Part shown: positions 26,783 to 36,493 of the stretch, one piece after another
How positions within the stretch are numbered: position 1 is the first letter of the stretch
Layout: every line of letters begins with the position of its first letter
Assembly: GCA_022394775.1 (NCBI GenBank)
Contig: JAGFCB010000030.1
Location: 18,852-82,851 of the forward strand
DNA from: Candidatus Poribacteria bacterium
GTDB lineage: Bacteria; Poribacteria; WGA-4E; WGA-3G
Length of the DNA: 64,000 bases
Direction of reading: 5' to 3'
Translations under genes and position numbers: made by a program
The notes under the pieces: generated by a model
The model's input: the letters and a program-made list of their open reading frames with translations, nothing else
What the model was told of the DNA's origin: nothing
Database searches by the model: none

Positions 26783-27568
26783 ATGAAGTTAATCGCGATT
26801 GGCAGTGCGATTTTACTCTTTACACTCTCGGCATCCGCGGGTACATTTCTGGAAGATTTTGATAATAACTTCGGTGTATGGCAAGAACTTCTCATGGCTG
26901 ATGCGGTGCCGGGTTCTTGGGAGATCGTTGCGGGTGAACTTCACGCGGTAAGTCCAGATGGCTGGACCCGTTTCCTCACGGTTGGCGATGAGACGTGGCG
27001 AGATTACACCTTTGAATTTGATGTCAAACCGCTTGATAATCGAGGTCCCAGCAATATTGTTATTACCGCCCGCATCAAAGGGAGTTGGGGTGTATGGTGC
27101 CTCATCGGCGATTTGCCATTTGTTGACAACATCTCCGAAGTTAAGTTTGCTGCTGGCAATTTTCGGGACCCAAATACGTTCTTATTTTCGCATAGCAAAC
27201 GCTTTCGATTTTTGAAATTAAACAGATGGTCGAAGCTAAAGTTGGAAGTAAAAAAAGACATCCTAAACTTTTGGATTAATGGAAATCTGGTTATTGGACC
27301 TGTGCAACTACCAAACCGTAGAAGTTTTGAGCGTTTTGATGCTATCAGAAAAGAGCATGCCGCTAAAGAAGGGCGGGAATTGGCAGCACTGCAGCTGAAC
27401 GGGCTTCAAGACTTTTTGACAGGCGCCGCGGGCTTAGGGCTCGCAAATCAAACAGCGAGATTCGACAATGTAGTGATCACCGGCGACAGTATCCCGAACA
27501 GGGATGGGTTGTTAGTAAACCCCAGGACGAAACTGACTACGATGTGGGGCAACCTAAAGCGTTTTTAG
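26783..27568 (+). CDS. secreted LamG/DUF1080-like jelly-roll protein with a conserved C-terminal tail, embedded between gspE and gspF
   Basis: Signal peptide MKLIAIGSAILLFTLSASA; W...SWEIVAGELH...WRDYTFEFDVK resembles the DUF1080 layout. Ends ...VNPRTKLTTMWGNLKRF. Confidence 0.7.
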   Translation: MKLIAIGSAILLFTLSASAGTFLEDFDNNFGVWQELLMADAVPGSWEIVAGELHAVSPDGWTRFLTVGDETWRDYTFEFDVKPLDNRGPSNIVITARIKGSWGVWCLIGDLPFVDNISEVKFAAGNFRDPNTFLFSHSKRFRFLKLNRWSKLKLEVKKDILNFWINGNLVIGPVQLPNRRSFERFDAIRKEHAAKEGRELAALQLNGLQDFLTGAAGLGLANQTARFDNVVITGDSIPNRDGLLVNPRTKLTTMWGNLKRF

Positions 27569-27606
27569 TCTATACTTATGGTTCTATATTGTGACGGGGG
27601 TTGATT

Positions 27607-28833
27607 GTGCCGTTATTCCGATATGAAGCACTCACACATAGTGGCGGTAGTGTGAAAAACACACTGGAAGCAGACTCTAAAGCCGAGCTCATCTCTCGGT
27701 TACGGCAGATGGGTTATTGGCCCACGGATATTGTTGAGGAGACAGAGGAAGATGCCTCAAACGATGTTCGCAAATGGCTTAAAATCGGCAGTGGCGGTGT
27801 TAAAGCGGCAGACGTTGAGTTCTTCACGTATCAATTGGCGACGCTGGTGAATGCTCACGTCCCACTACCTCGTGCTTTAGAGGTCACTCTCAGTCAGATC
27901 CAGAACCCAGCACTCAACCGTATCGTCTCTCAAGTGAAATATGATGTTGAACACGGTGCAACTTTTAACGATGCGCTGACACAACACCCAAAGGCATTTT
28001 CCGACCTCTATATTAATATGGTAAAAGCCGGAGAGAGTGGTGGTGTCTTGGGTTTAGTCCTCGAGCGGCTTGCCGAATTTGCGGAACGCCAAAGACTTCT
28101 AAAAAACGATGTTATCTCAGCACTTTTTTATCCTATTATTCTGTTGACGCTCAGCGTTTCAGCTGTAGCGGTACTCATGATTCTTGTAATACCAAAATTC
28201 ACGGCGATGTTCAATGATCTCGGGGTCGCATTGCCGATGCCAACACGCATCCTCATTGGTGCAACCGATGCCTTCCAAACCTACTGGTGGGTCGGGCTAC
28301 TCGCCATCATCTTAGGTGTGGCTGGGCTAAGGCAATATCTCCGGCTCGAAGCAGGCAAAGTCTGGTTTGACCGGTTGAAACTCAAAATACCACTTATCGG
28401 ACCAATAATCAGCACGTTTGCGATTGTCCGTTTTACGCGAACGATGGCAACACTTTTGGAAAATGGCGTACGGATGCTGCCTGCCCTCCAGGTCGTCAAA
28501 GATACGATAGGCAACAAGGTATACAGCAACGTGATCGCCGAAGCGGAAGTAGAGGTTGAGCAAGGTTCTACGCTCTCTCGCGAGCTGAGCAAAAGTAAGG
28601 ATTTTCCTGAGTTCGTCACGCACATGGTGGCTGTTGGCGAGGAGTCAGGTGAACCTGTCCACATGCTCGGTAAACTTTCAGAATACTATGATGTAGAAAT
28701 AAAAAAGAGCCTCGAACGGCTAACCAGCTCGATCGGTCCTCTTGTCATTCTACTGATGGGAGTGATTATCGGTTTCATCGCAGTAGCGATGATTCTTCCG
28801 ATCTTCGAGGCGAATCAATTACTAAGCGGTTAA
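27607..28833 (+). CDS. gspF: type II secretion inner-membrane platform protein
   Basis: PLFRYEAL start, two T2SSF repeats and three TM segments. The GTG at 27607 is better spaced from the GGGGG run than the TTG at 27601. Confidence 0.9.
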   Translation: MPLFRYEALTHSGGSVKNTLEADSKAELISRLRQMGYWPTDIVEETEEDASNDVRKWLKIGSGGVKAADVEFFTYQLATLVNAHVPLPRALEVTLSQIQNPALNRIVSQVKYDVEHGATFNDALTQHPKAFSDLYINMVKAGESGGVLGLVLERLAEFAERQRLLKNDVISALFYPIILLTLSVSAVAVLMILVIPKFTAMFNDLGVALPMPTRILIGATDAFQTYWWVGLLAIILGVAGLRQYLRLEAGKVWFDRLKLKIPLIGPIISTFAIVRFTRTMATLLENGVRMLPALQVVKDTIGNKVYSNVIAEAEVEVEQGSTLSRELSKSKDFPEFVTHMVAVGEESGEPVHMLGKLSEYYDVEIKKSLERLTSSIGPLVILLMGVIIGFIAVAMILPIFEANQLLSG

Positions 28834-28895
28834 TATGTATCTTAGGTGCAAAACGCGCCTTACGATGTTATATAATAACACAGGAGTAGACTTAA

Positions 28896-29351
28896 ATGTT
28901 CAAGCAACTAAAATCCGATGAATCCGGATTAACGCTAATTGAACTGACGATTGTTATTGTTATTTTGGGGATTTTAGCAGCCTTTATTGCCCCGCGGGTC
29001 ATGAATGCCCCGCAAAAAGCAAATGTTGCGAAGGCTCAAACAGAGATTGGCGGTCTGAAAACGGCATTAGAACAATATAATTTGGCAACAGGCGAATATC
29101 CGACAACCGAACAAGGATTAAACGCCTTGTGGCGTGCGCCGAGTCCTGCGCCAGCAAACTGGGATGGTCCGTATATCGGTAGCCCGAATTTTGTAGATCC
29201 GTGGGGTAATGCCTACGTCTATCGCCATCCGGGTACCCATTATGGTTACGACTATGATCTTTATTCAATGGGTAAAGATGGTAAGGTTGGGGGTACCGAG
29301 TTGGATGCGGACATCACGAATTGGGTTGAAGAATCAACCGCAGTGTATTAA
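28896..29351 (+). CDS. gspG: major pseudopilin
   Basis: Prepilin leader ...ESG/LTLIELTIVIVILGILAA. The GspG signature is present: KAQTEI..L..AL..Y, DGPYI, DPWGNAYVY, YSMGKDGKVGG. Confidence 0.9.
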   Translation: MFKQLKSDESGLTLIELTIVIVILGILAAFIAPRVMNAPQKANVAKAQTEIGGLKTALEQYNLATGEYPTTEQGLNALWRAPSPAPANWDGPYIGSPNFVDPWGNAYVYRHPGTHYGYDYDLYSMGKDGKVGGTELDADITNWVEESTAVY

Positions 29352-29357
29352 AAAACA

Positions 29358-30059
29358 GTGAAACAGACGACAAGTAGGCGAGGTGTTTTCATCTCGCCTA
29401 TTTCTCAACCCCAAAGTGGTTTCACGATCACTGAATTATTGCTCGTTTTGGTGCTAATCGGCATATTATCTGCGATTTCCATGCCGACGCTGAAGGGATT
29501 CGCGACAACGCGTCGATTAAAAGCATCAGCCTCTACAATCCGCAATCTCCTCACATTCGCGCGGGATATGGCAATCACCGATCAAACGGCACATTTGGTT
29601 GTCTTTGATATTGACAACGGTCAGTGCTGGCTTGCTTCCAGTGAAACATTTAACCCAAGTACGCCACTCTCATCAGCACTTACCGCCCGAAATTCTACAG
29701 TAGGCACAGCAGCACAAAATAATACGAACGTAACCCCGCAGGCAACAACAAATTCTGTTGAACAAGGGATGTCGGGGCGTGCGAGTGGTATTTTGGGCGT
29801 GCCGCATCCGATGGAGCCGGGGGTTACATTAGCAGCACTGGAGACGAATCGCAATGGTCAGACTGTTCAAAATGATTCGGGCGTAGGGTACATCTATTTT
29901 TCACCGAGTGCATCCTCAGAGGCGGCACTTGTGTACCTTCAAAACACACGAAATCAGGTCATGACTGTTTCTGTTGAAGCTGCGAGCGGTCGCGTTATTG
30001 TGCGACAACTTACATCTGAAGAAATTGAAACATTAGGCTTTACAACTTCACAAAATTAA
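29358..30059 (+). CDS. minor pseudopilin, GspH-like by position and N-terminal pattern
   Basis: QSG/FTITELLLVLVLIGILSAI prepilin N-terminus, then LKASASTIRNLLTFARDMAI. GTG start. Confidence 0.7.
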   Translation: MKQTTSRRGVFISPISQPQSGFTITELLLVLVLIGILSAISMPTLKGFATTRRLKASASTIRNLLTFARDMAITDQTAHLVVFDIDNGQCWLASSETFNPSTPLSSALTARNSTVGTAAQNNTNVTPQATTNSVEQGMSGRASGILGVPHPMEPGVTLAALETNRNGQTVQNDSGVGYIYFSPSASSEAALVYLQNTRNQVMTVSVEAASGRVIVRQLTSEEIETLGFTTSQN

Positions 30060-30091
30060 CTTGCTAATATCTCCGAGCAGAGATTAAAAGT

Positions 30092-30529
30092 ATGAAACTA
30101 CTAATTAAACACTCGGTATCAAGAGAAAAAAACGGTTTTACGCTCGTTGAGATACTGGTAACATTAGCAATTTTGGCGGCGGTACTCCCTGCGCTTTTAC
30201 ACGTCTTTGCGTCTGCTGCACGGAATCAAGGGCTTTCAGACAACACGACCACGGCACTTTACCTTCTTAAATTTCGGATGTCAGAAATTGAAATGGCGGG
30301 TTATCCGGATGTAGGTGAGGACACAGGCGAATTCGGTAATAGTACCCGCTACCGCTGGAGTTCTATCGTTGAAGACGTAGAATCTGAAGAAGTTGAAAAT
30401 ATCCGACAGGTTCAAGTAACCGTTACGTGGCAGCATAGAAACCGAGAACGTTCTATGTCTATGAACACCTATATCGCTGACCGACAAAATGCGCAAACGC
30501 AGCAAGGACAACAGTCTGGTGGTCGATAA
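30092..30529 (+). CDS. minor pseudopilin, GspI-like
   Basis: KNG/FTLVEILVTLAIL. Small size and the RYRW...IRQVQVTVTWQ pattern are typical of GspI. Confidence 0.7.
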   Translation: MKLLIKHSVSREKNGFTLVEILVTLAILAAVLPALLHVFASAARNQGLSDNTTTALYLLKFRMSEIEMAGYPDVGEDTGEFGNSTRYRWSSIVEDVESEEVENIRQVQVTVTWQHRNRERSMSMNTYIADRQNAQTQQGQQSGGR

Positions 30530-31480
30530 TTGTTTCGCAGCGTTTCAATGGATACCGTAGACATGAAAATTGAAAAAACATCCCCTCAGGCAACGAATGA
30601 AAGTGGGTTAACACTCATTGAAATGCTCATGGCAGTTAGCATCCTGGTTATTATCGGCGGGTCAGCGTATTTCGCTTTCAAGTCGGCTGTGGATGCCTAC
30701 CACCAGACAGAAGAAAAAATATTGGCTGCGCAAAGGTGTCGTTTTGCGATGGATCGCCTCGTAACCGACTTGGGGAACATACAAGTCTCACCTCAAGAAC
30801 CAGAGCTGGCACTCTACACGCAAGATGGACCCAGCCAGTTAGGCGATAGGGATATGCTCAGTTTTGTCACGCTCGTGAAGACAGATCCCGATCCTTTTAT
30901 GGAGCAGCTTTCAAGTTTCCAATCTCAAAATGCTTCACAAGTGCCTTTGCCACTTTTAAGCGACGTTCAACGTGTGGCGTACTTTGTCGCTGCAGAACCG
31001 GCCGCCGGTGAATCCATTCTGAATTCAGATAATTTCCGAGGTGCTTCTACAGAAAATATAGGTGCCGAAGAGAATAGTAGATATGCCCTCTTTCGCGTTA
31101 CCACCACAACTCTCGATCCAGAAGTTGTTATCGGTCCGTTCTTGCAAGGTGGAACGCCCCCAGAGACAGATGAAAACGGTGAACCGATTTACGTTGATGT
31201 CGCAACGCTCATTACGGGACTTGCTAATTTTGATCTGCAGTATTTTGACGGCGAGGCGGAAGTGTGGAACGCCTCTTGGGATGACCCTGAAAGTGTTCCA
31301 AGTGCTATCCAAATCCTAATAACTGTCCAAGGAGAAACACAGAAAGCTGCAAGTACAAATACCACCCAGTTTGCGTCCCAAAATCAACCAGTGATGCCAT
31401 CAAATAGTATGACACAATCAACGATGGTGTATCTCCCAGCAAGTGCAACGGCTGGTGGCGGTGCGGAGGGTGCCCCTTAA
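30530..31480 (+). CDS. minor pseudopilin, GspJ-like
   Basis: ESG/LTLIEMLMAVSILVIIGG prepilin N-terminus, then ...RFAMDRLVTDLGN. The start is uncertain (TTG 30530, ATG 30548 or ATG 30563). Confidence 0.65.
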   Translation: MFRSVSMDTVDMKIEKTSPQATNESGLTLIEMLMAVSILVIIGGSAYFAFKSAVDAYHQTEEKILAAQRCRFAMDRLVTDLGNIQVSPQEPELALYTQDGPSQLGDRDMLSFVTLVKTDPDPFMEQLSSFQSQNASQVPLPLLSDVQRVAYFVAAEPAAGESILNSDNFRGASTENIGAEENSRYALFRVTTTTLDPEVVIGPFLQGGTPPETDENGEPIYVDVATLITGLANFDLQYFDGEAEVWNASWDDPESVPSAIQILITVQGETQKAASTNTTQFASQNQPVMPSNSMTQSTMVYLPASATAGGGAEGAP

Positions 31481-31492
31481 GAGGGTCGATAG

Positions 31493-33022
31493 ATGATGCT
31501 ATTTACAAACAGGTTTACCTATCCATTCTACAAGGAAGAGCGTGGATTATCCCTCGTTTCAACGCTCTGGATACTCACGATTCTCTCTATTTTGGCGGCA
31601 CAACTGCTTTATTCGATCCATATAGAACAGCGGACCCAACGGAATTTCTTGGATAGAGGGAAGTATCACTACGCTGCAAAGGCAGGATTTGAGTGGACAC
31701 TCGCTGTCATGCGAACGGACCAGACCCCTTTCGATTCGCTTGGTGAGAGTTGGGCAGCACCTATCACGGGGCAAGTTGCAGATGGGATTCAGACAGGAAA
31801 ATTCCTAAACTATAACGTGGCAATCACGGATGAAGCCTCGAAGGTTAATATCAATGCCGCGGATGTTGGACTTATCAGTAATTTGCTGGCACAGGTGGGG
31901 GCTTCACCGGATGATGCCCAGACAGAGGAACTTGCTAACGCCATCGTAGAAGGGCAGCCGTATCGGACAGTTCGAGATCTCGCCAGAGCAGTAGGGATGA
32001 CATCTGAGTTCCTTTATGGCCCCCAACAAATGGCGGCACCTACACAGGGCGTTGCGAATACACAAAGCACTACAGGCACAGCCCCAGGGCTTTCAACGGC
32101 GGGTCTTGGAAATCTACAGAACACGTCAGTAGATCCACAACCAGGGCTTGTGGATTTGGCGACCATATATTCGATTGATACAAGCACCGATTCCAATGGA
32201 GAACCGCTTATTAACGTCAATACAGCGGACACACAGCAGTTGACACAAATTGAAACGCAACTCGGTCAAGTCTTTTCAGAAGCTGAGGCGGAATCACTGA
32301 TTCAGCAGCGTGAGTTTGACAAATTCGCTGCCCTTATGGACGTGCAAGCAGTATCTGATGATCTCTTTAACAATATCCGAGACAAAATTATCGCTGAAAA
32401 TCCGAGTGGCGAGACAAGAGAAAATAACGAAGAAGACGACGATGACGGACAAATTAATATCAATACTGCTGATGTTGAGACCTTGGAATCTCTGGATGGT
32501 GTTGACCGCGGTATTGCCGATCGTATTATTGATCATCGGAACTCGCAAGGTTTTTTTCAGAACATAGATGCTATTAAAGATGTCAAAATATTAACACAGC
32601 AAGAATTCATCGGTATTGTTGATAAAATAACGCTTAAAGATGGAGATACGCGCAGCGGACTTGTTAATATAAACACCGCTTCGCCGGAAGTCTTAGCACT
32701 GCTACCGGGGATGGACCTGGAAAAAGCACGGGCAATCGTTGAACGCCGTGAACAAGATGCGCCAGACGATTCACCGATACAGAATTATACTGACGAAGAA
32801 ATACAGGGAAATCCGTTCACCAGTATCTCACAACTGTCAGAGATGGAAGAGATCAACTTTGAGACGTTCCGTGAAGTTGCCGATTCGGTAACCTACCGCT
32901 CGCACGGTTATCGTATTGAGGCAAACGGTGTTGATGCTGCAGGTAGAATTGTTTCGACCTGTATCGGTATTATTGATCGGACGGGTGACCAAGTCATCGT
33001 CCAATATTGGCGACAGAATTAG
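31493..33022 (+). CDS. gspK: minor pseudopilin GspK-like with three helix-hairpin-helix modules
   Basis: RG/LSLVSTLWILTIL lacks Glu+5, as GspK does. There are repeated INxNTA motifs (INVNTADTQQL, ININTADVETL, VNINTASPEVL). Confidence 0.75.
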   Translation: MMLFTNRFTYPFYKEERGLSLVSTLWILTILSILAAQLLYSIHIEQRTQRNFLDRGKYHYAAKAGFEWTLAVMRTDQTPFDSLGESWAAPITGQVADGIQTGKFLNYNVAITDEASKVNINAADVGLISNLLAQVGASPDDAQTEELANAIVEGQPYRTVRDLARAVGMTSEFLYGPQQMAAPTQGVANTQSTTGTAPGLSTAGLGNLQNTSVDPQPGLVDLATIYSIDTSTDSNGEPLINVNTADTQQLTQIETQLGQVFSEAEAESLIQQREFDKFAALMDVQAVSDDLFNNIRDKIIAENPSGETRENNEEDDDDGQININTADVETLESLDGVDRGIADRIIDHRNSQGFFQNIDAIKDVKILTQQEFIGIVDKITLKDGDTRSGLVNINTASPEVLALLPGMDLEKARAIVERREQDAPDDSPIQNYTDEEIQGNPFTSISQLSEMEEINFETFREVADSVTYRSHGYRIEANGVDAAGRIVSTCIGIIDRTGDQVIVQYWRQN

Positions 33023-33125
33023 AGGAATAGCTTTCAGCGATCAGTAAAGAACGGCGTTTTGTTTGGGTATTTCCGCAAGCGTATCAAAAACCTCTTCTGC
33101 CTGATTGCTAACTGCTGACGAAAAA

Positions 33126-34910
33126 ATGGCAAAAAAACGAGTTGTGGCGATAGATATCGGCACGCATACAGCGAAAATGGTTCAGTTTGAACAGTCATCC
33201 GGGACTTTGCGTCTCACCAATGCGGGAGTCGTTACATACACAGACAAGGATGATAAGCAACAGGTGACTGAATCGATAAGACACCTTTGGGCATCCTTAG
33301 GCAGTCCGGCACAGAAAGGAAATCTGCTTTCGCTATTCGATAGGAGTGACCTTGAGGTTGTGCTGGCGCTGCCGAGATCTCTGGTAAGCACAAAACGTTT
33401 AGCCAACTTACCAACCGCAGCCGATGATCAACTCGCGAATATCGTTGCAATTGCGGCGGAATCGGAACTCCCATTTCAAATTGAAGAAGCAATTTTTACC
33501 TACCATGATGTGAGACGAACGCCGGATGCCACTTCGGTAGAGTTGATATCCACCCGACATGCGTCCGTCGCAAGTTATCTGGATTTTCTTGAACAGATCG
33601 GTGTGTCCGCATCTGCGGTCACGCCTTCAATGATCGCTATTGCCGGAACAGCGGCAAATAGCGGATGTACCCAGCCTACATTTGTTGTTGACATTGGTGC
33701 CTCACAAACCGATTTTTGTTTCATTGAGGGTGGTGCCCTGCGTTTTTCTCGGAGTTTCCGTTTGGGTGGTGACAAGCTCACTGAACATATCAGCGAAGAA
33801 TTGAATGTTAATAGTGAAACGGCAGAAGAAGAAAAACGACATATTCCGGCGGATGAAGCACCTACATCTGCGTGGACAGCTCAATTGGTTGGCGAGTTAC
33901 GGCGTTCTATTGCTGCTGCGACTGCACATCGGGCATCGGATGGTTTTGATGCTGCGGAAGAAACCGATGGTGTTGAAAGTGCCAGGTTGTCCGAAACCGA
34001 GACGGAGCTCTGGTTGTGTGGTGGTGGGGCACGTGTTCCTGAGCTTGCAGCTGTTTTAGAAGAAGGACTTGACATTCCGACATCCTTTTGGAATCCGCTT
34101 CGTGCTATCGAGCAACAGCCAAATATTAAAATTGATCCTCAAGACGCAGAGATCAAAACCATACTTGAGGAGTGGGGAGATACCCTTGCGGTTCCATTAG
34201 GCGTAGGATTTAGTACTTTAGATTCGACGCTCCAACCTTCCTTGTTGCCACAAGAGGCTGCCGCGACGTTGACGCAAACGACACGGCAACGCCAAATTTT
34301 TGCTACAGCGGGGTTGGGTGTTTTGATTGTTGGTGGTATCCTCTTTGGTAGTTATACGCTTCAACGTTCACAAAAGCATAGAACAGAAATGGTTGATGCA
34401 CGCCTTGCGAGTTATGCGCAACCCGTGGCAGCCGCGCAAGCACAGCTTGGGCGTGAATTGGCACTCACAGAGATGTTAGCGCATAATGTGTCCCCGCTTG
34501 ATATTTTGCATGCTCTTAGTGAAATGTTTAGCGATAGAACGCAAGTCGCTTGGACCAATTTCAATATTATCAACCTTCATGAACCTCAGACGGCAAGAAT
34601 TACTTTTAATTTGGAAGGTGCGTCCCATAACGCTATAAATACACTTTTGCGCGCGCTTGACCGATCTGGAGTCTTTACAAATGTTCGGCCCGGTGAGGTT
34701 ACGACAATTTCTCAAAATAGAAAACAGATCTTCCAAGTACAGGTGCGGTGTAACTTAACAGCGTCCGCGGTTCGGGCATTCGCTAAGAAACGCTATCCGA
34801 TGCCTCAGCCTCAGATTGATAAAACGGCAGAGGTGGCAGAATTACAAATTGCGTCGCCTTCGTCTAACACCCTTGAATTTGAAAATAAAAAACCCGAGAA
34901 AGAGGAATAA
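33126..34910 (+). CDS. PilM-like actin-fold ATPase domain fused to a TM plus PilN-like domain (functional GspL equivalent)
   Basis: VVAIDIGTHTAKMV and VVDIGASQTDF phosphate motifs, LCGGGA, then a TM helix IFATAGLGVLIVGGILF and a periplasmic domain. I prefer the ATG at 33126 to the TTG at 33105. Confidence 0.7.
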   Translation: MAKKRVVAIDIGTHTAKMVQFEQSSGTLRLTNAGVVTYTDKDDKQQVTESIRHLWASLGSPAQKGNLLSLFDRSDLEVVLALPRSLVSTKRLANLPTAADDQLANIVAIAAESELPFQIEEAIFTYHDVRRTPDATSVELISTRHASVASYLDFLEQIGVSASAVTPSMIAIAGTAANSGCTQPTFVVDIGASQTDFCFIEGGALRFSRSFRLGGDKLTEHISEELNVNSETAEEEKRHIPADEAPTSAWTAQLVGELRRSIAAATAHRASDGFDAAEETDGVESARLSETETELWLCGGGARVPELAAVLEEGLDIPTSFWNPLRAIEQQPNIKIDPQDAEIKTILEEWGDTLAVPLGVGFSTLDSTLQPSLLPQEAAATLTQTTRQRQIFATAGLGVLIVGGILFGSYTLQRSQKHRTEMVDARLASYAQPVAAAQAQLGRELALTEMLAHNVSPLDILHALSEMFSDRTQVAWTNFNIINLHEPQTARITFNLEGASHNAINTLLRALDRSGVFTNVRPGEVTTISQNRKQIFQVQVRCNLTASAVRAFAKKRYPMPQPQIDKTAEVAELQIASPSSNTLEFENKKPEKEE

Positions 34911-34912
34911 AA

Positions 34913-34998
34913 CAGGACTTACGCAGCCCCCACTGCAGGCGGGGTTTCAAACCCCGCCTGCGTAAGATGTCCGTTATCATAGAAAAATGCGTAAGTCG
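34913..34998. mobile_element. MITE/REP-like element, AGGACTTACGCA family (copy 2) inside the T2SS operon
   Basis: CAGGACTTACGCA ... TGCGTAAGTCG ends. The internal perfect hairpin is GCAGGCGGGGTTT-CA-AACCCCGCCTGC. It begins 3 nt after the stop codon of the preceding gene. Confidence 0.7.
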
Positions 34999-35110
34999 AA
35001 TAAAATATAAGTTTCGGTCAGTACGGTTTTCAACCGTCTGCTCGTAAAGATAGGCTTCAGATGTTTTAACGCTTTAGCCTACACAGATAGGATTTATAGA
35101 GGTTGGCTTT

Positions 35111-36355
35111 ATGGAACTGGATCTCCAATTAACACCCAGGAGCCGAGTTTTACTGGGCATTTTAGGTGCTGTACTTCTGCTTCTAATCGCGGTACGGGGT
35201 GTCCCTACCATCTATCACTTATTTGTAAATCAGGGTGCCAAAGTTAAACAAGAACAGTTGATAAAAACTGAGAATTTGGTGCATGCTGCAGAGGTACTTA
35301 AACCGATTGAGCCCGAGATTTACAAAGCTACTGGGTTGGCACAAGAAGACCAACCTGCGCAAACAGGTGCTCAGGGTGCAGCGACCCTCTTTGACACCGA
35401 ACTGCCGGAGACGGTCATTCGGGCACGCGTGGATGCGCTCATAAAACGTGCCGGTATCCAACAGAATTACCAACTCCTGACGAAGCCCGGTTCCGGAAAA
35501 CAGACTCAAAAATTGACAATACAAAATCGGGAGAGGCTGGTTCTCTATCTCTATTTCAAGCATATAGAAACAGAGGAAACGGAGCTTGCGGAGATAGCAG
35601 AACAGGCGGCTGAAGCTGAGACATTCGACATGTTGATGGATGCGTGGCTGTCAGAGGATACAGAATCCGAGACTGATGAAAAAATGGACGAGACAGACGC
35701 GGCGGTATCTGATGCGGAACCCCCTATAGAGGTGTCAGAATCTGCGGAGTGGAGATTCGCCTCGCTCCCCGAGACAATACCTATCCGACTCCGAGTTCAA
35801 CTCGCTGCATATCTGAAAAACATGGTGATGCAACAGCTCCGCGGCGCGACAGATTTCAGACAAGGCTTCTTTGAAGCCCAAATTCACAAAGTTAAAACTG
35901 CTGCTACGCCGGGTATCTTTGGTATCGGTGCTAAACCCGCTACGGTTGAAATCCAGTTACGAAGAAAGAGTGGGCTTCTGGATCTTCTGACCCAAACTGA
36001 GGATGAATATGCTCAGGAAGGCCCCACTCCAGGTGAACTTCAAGCGGCATTGGTCGAGTATATCGGAGAGATTCAGTCGCAAACCGCAATCCTTTTGGAG
36101 CAGCTTGCGTTGGCACCATCGACTTATGAGACGCGGCTTTACACCGTGGAAATGAAATTCAAAACAGATCTTGAAAAACTCGTTAACTTAAACCATCTCA
36201 TTGAAACAAACGCTAAATGGCTAACCGTCCGCGATTTACGAATCTCTGCGAATAAACAAGCATCGCGTTCCGAATCACAACGCGGTCGGAATCGCGAAGG
36301 CGCTGAAGGATCAGACTTGAATGTTGAAATCCTTCTCCTCGCTCAAATATTTTAA
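35111..36355 (+). CDS. bitopic membrane protein in the GspM/PilO position, with an acidic low-complexity insert
   Basis: N-terminal TM helix VLLGILGAVLLLLIAV and an E/D-rich segment. I recognise no family motif, so the assignment rests on position only. Confidence 0.6.
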   Translation: MELDLQLTPRSRVLLGILGAVLLLLIAVRGVPTIYHLFVNQGAKVKQEQLIKTENLVHAAEVLKPIEPEIYKATGLAQEDQPAQTGAQGAATLFDTELPETVIRARVDALIKRAGIQQNYQLLTKPGSGKQTQKLTIQNRERLVLYLYFKHIETEETELAEIAEQAAEAETFDMLMDAWLSEDTESETDEKMDETDAAVSDAEPPIEVSESAEWRFASLPETIPIRLRVQLAAYLKNMVMQQLRGATDFRQGFFEAQIHKVKTAATPGIFGIGAKPATVEIQLRRKSGLLDLLTQTEDEYAQEGPTPGELQAALVEYIGEIQSQTAILLEQLALAPSTYETRLYTVEMKFKTDLEKLVNLNHLIETNAKWLTVRDLRISANKQASRSESQRGRNREGAEGSDLNVEILLLAQIF

Positions 36356-36493
36356 ATTTACCGAGACCGGTGGATCGGTTTCAGGTCTTAAAAAACTGCC
36401 TAAATCTTGTTGAGGCTCTATGGCATTCATACCTTAGAAGCTTCTGGTAAGGTTTGCGGGAAAACGTGATTAAATCAAAAAGGATCGGATGTT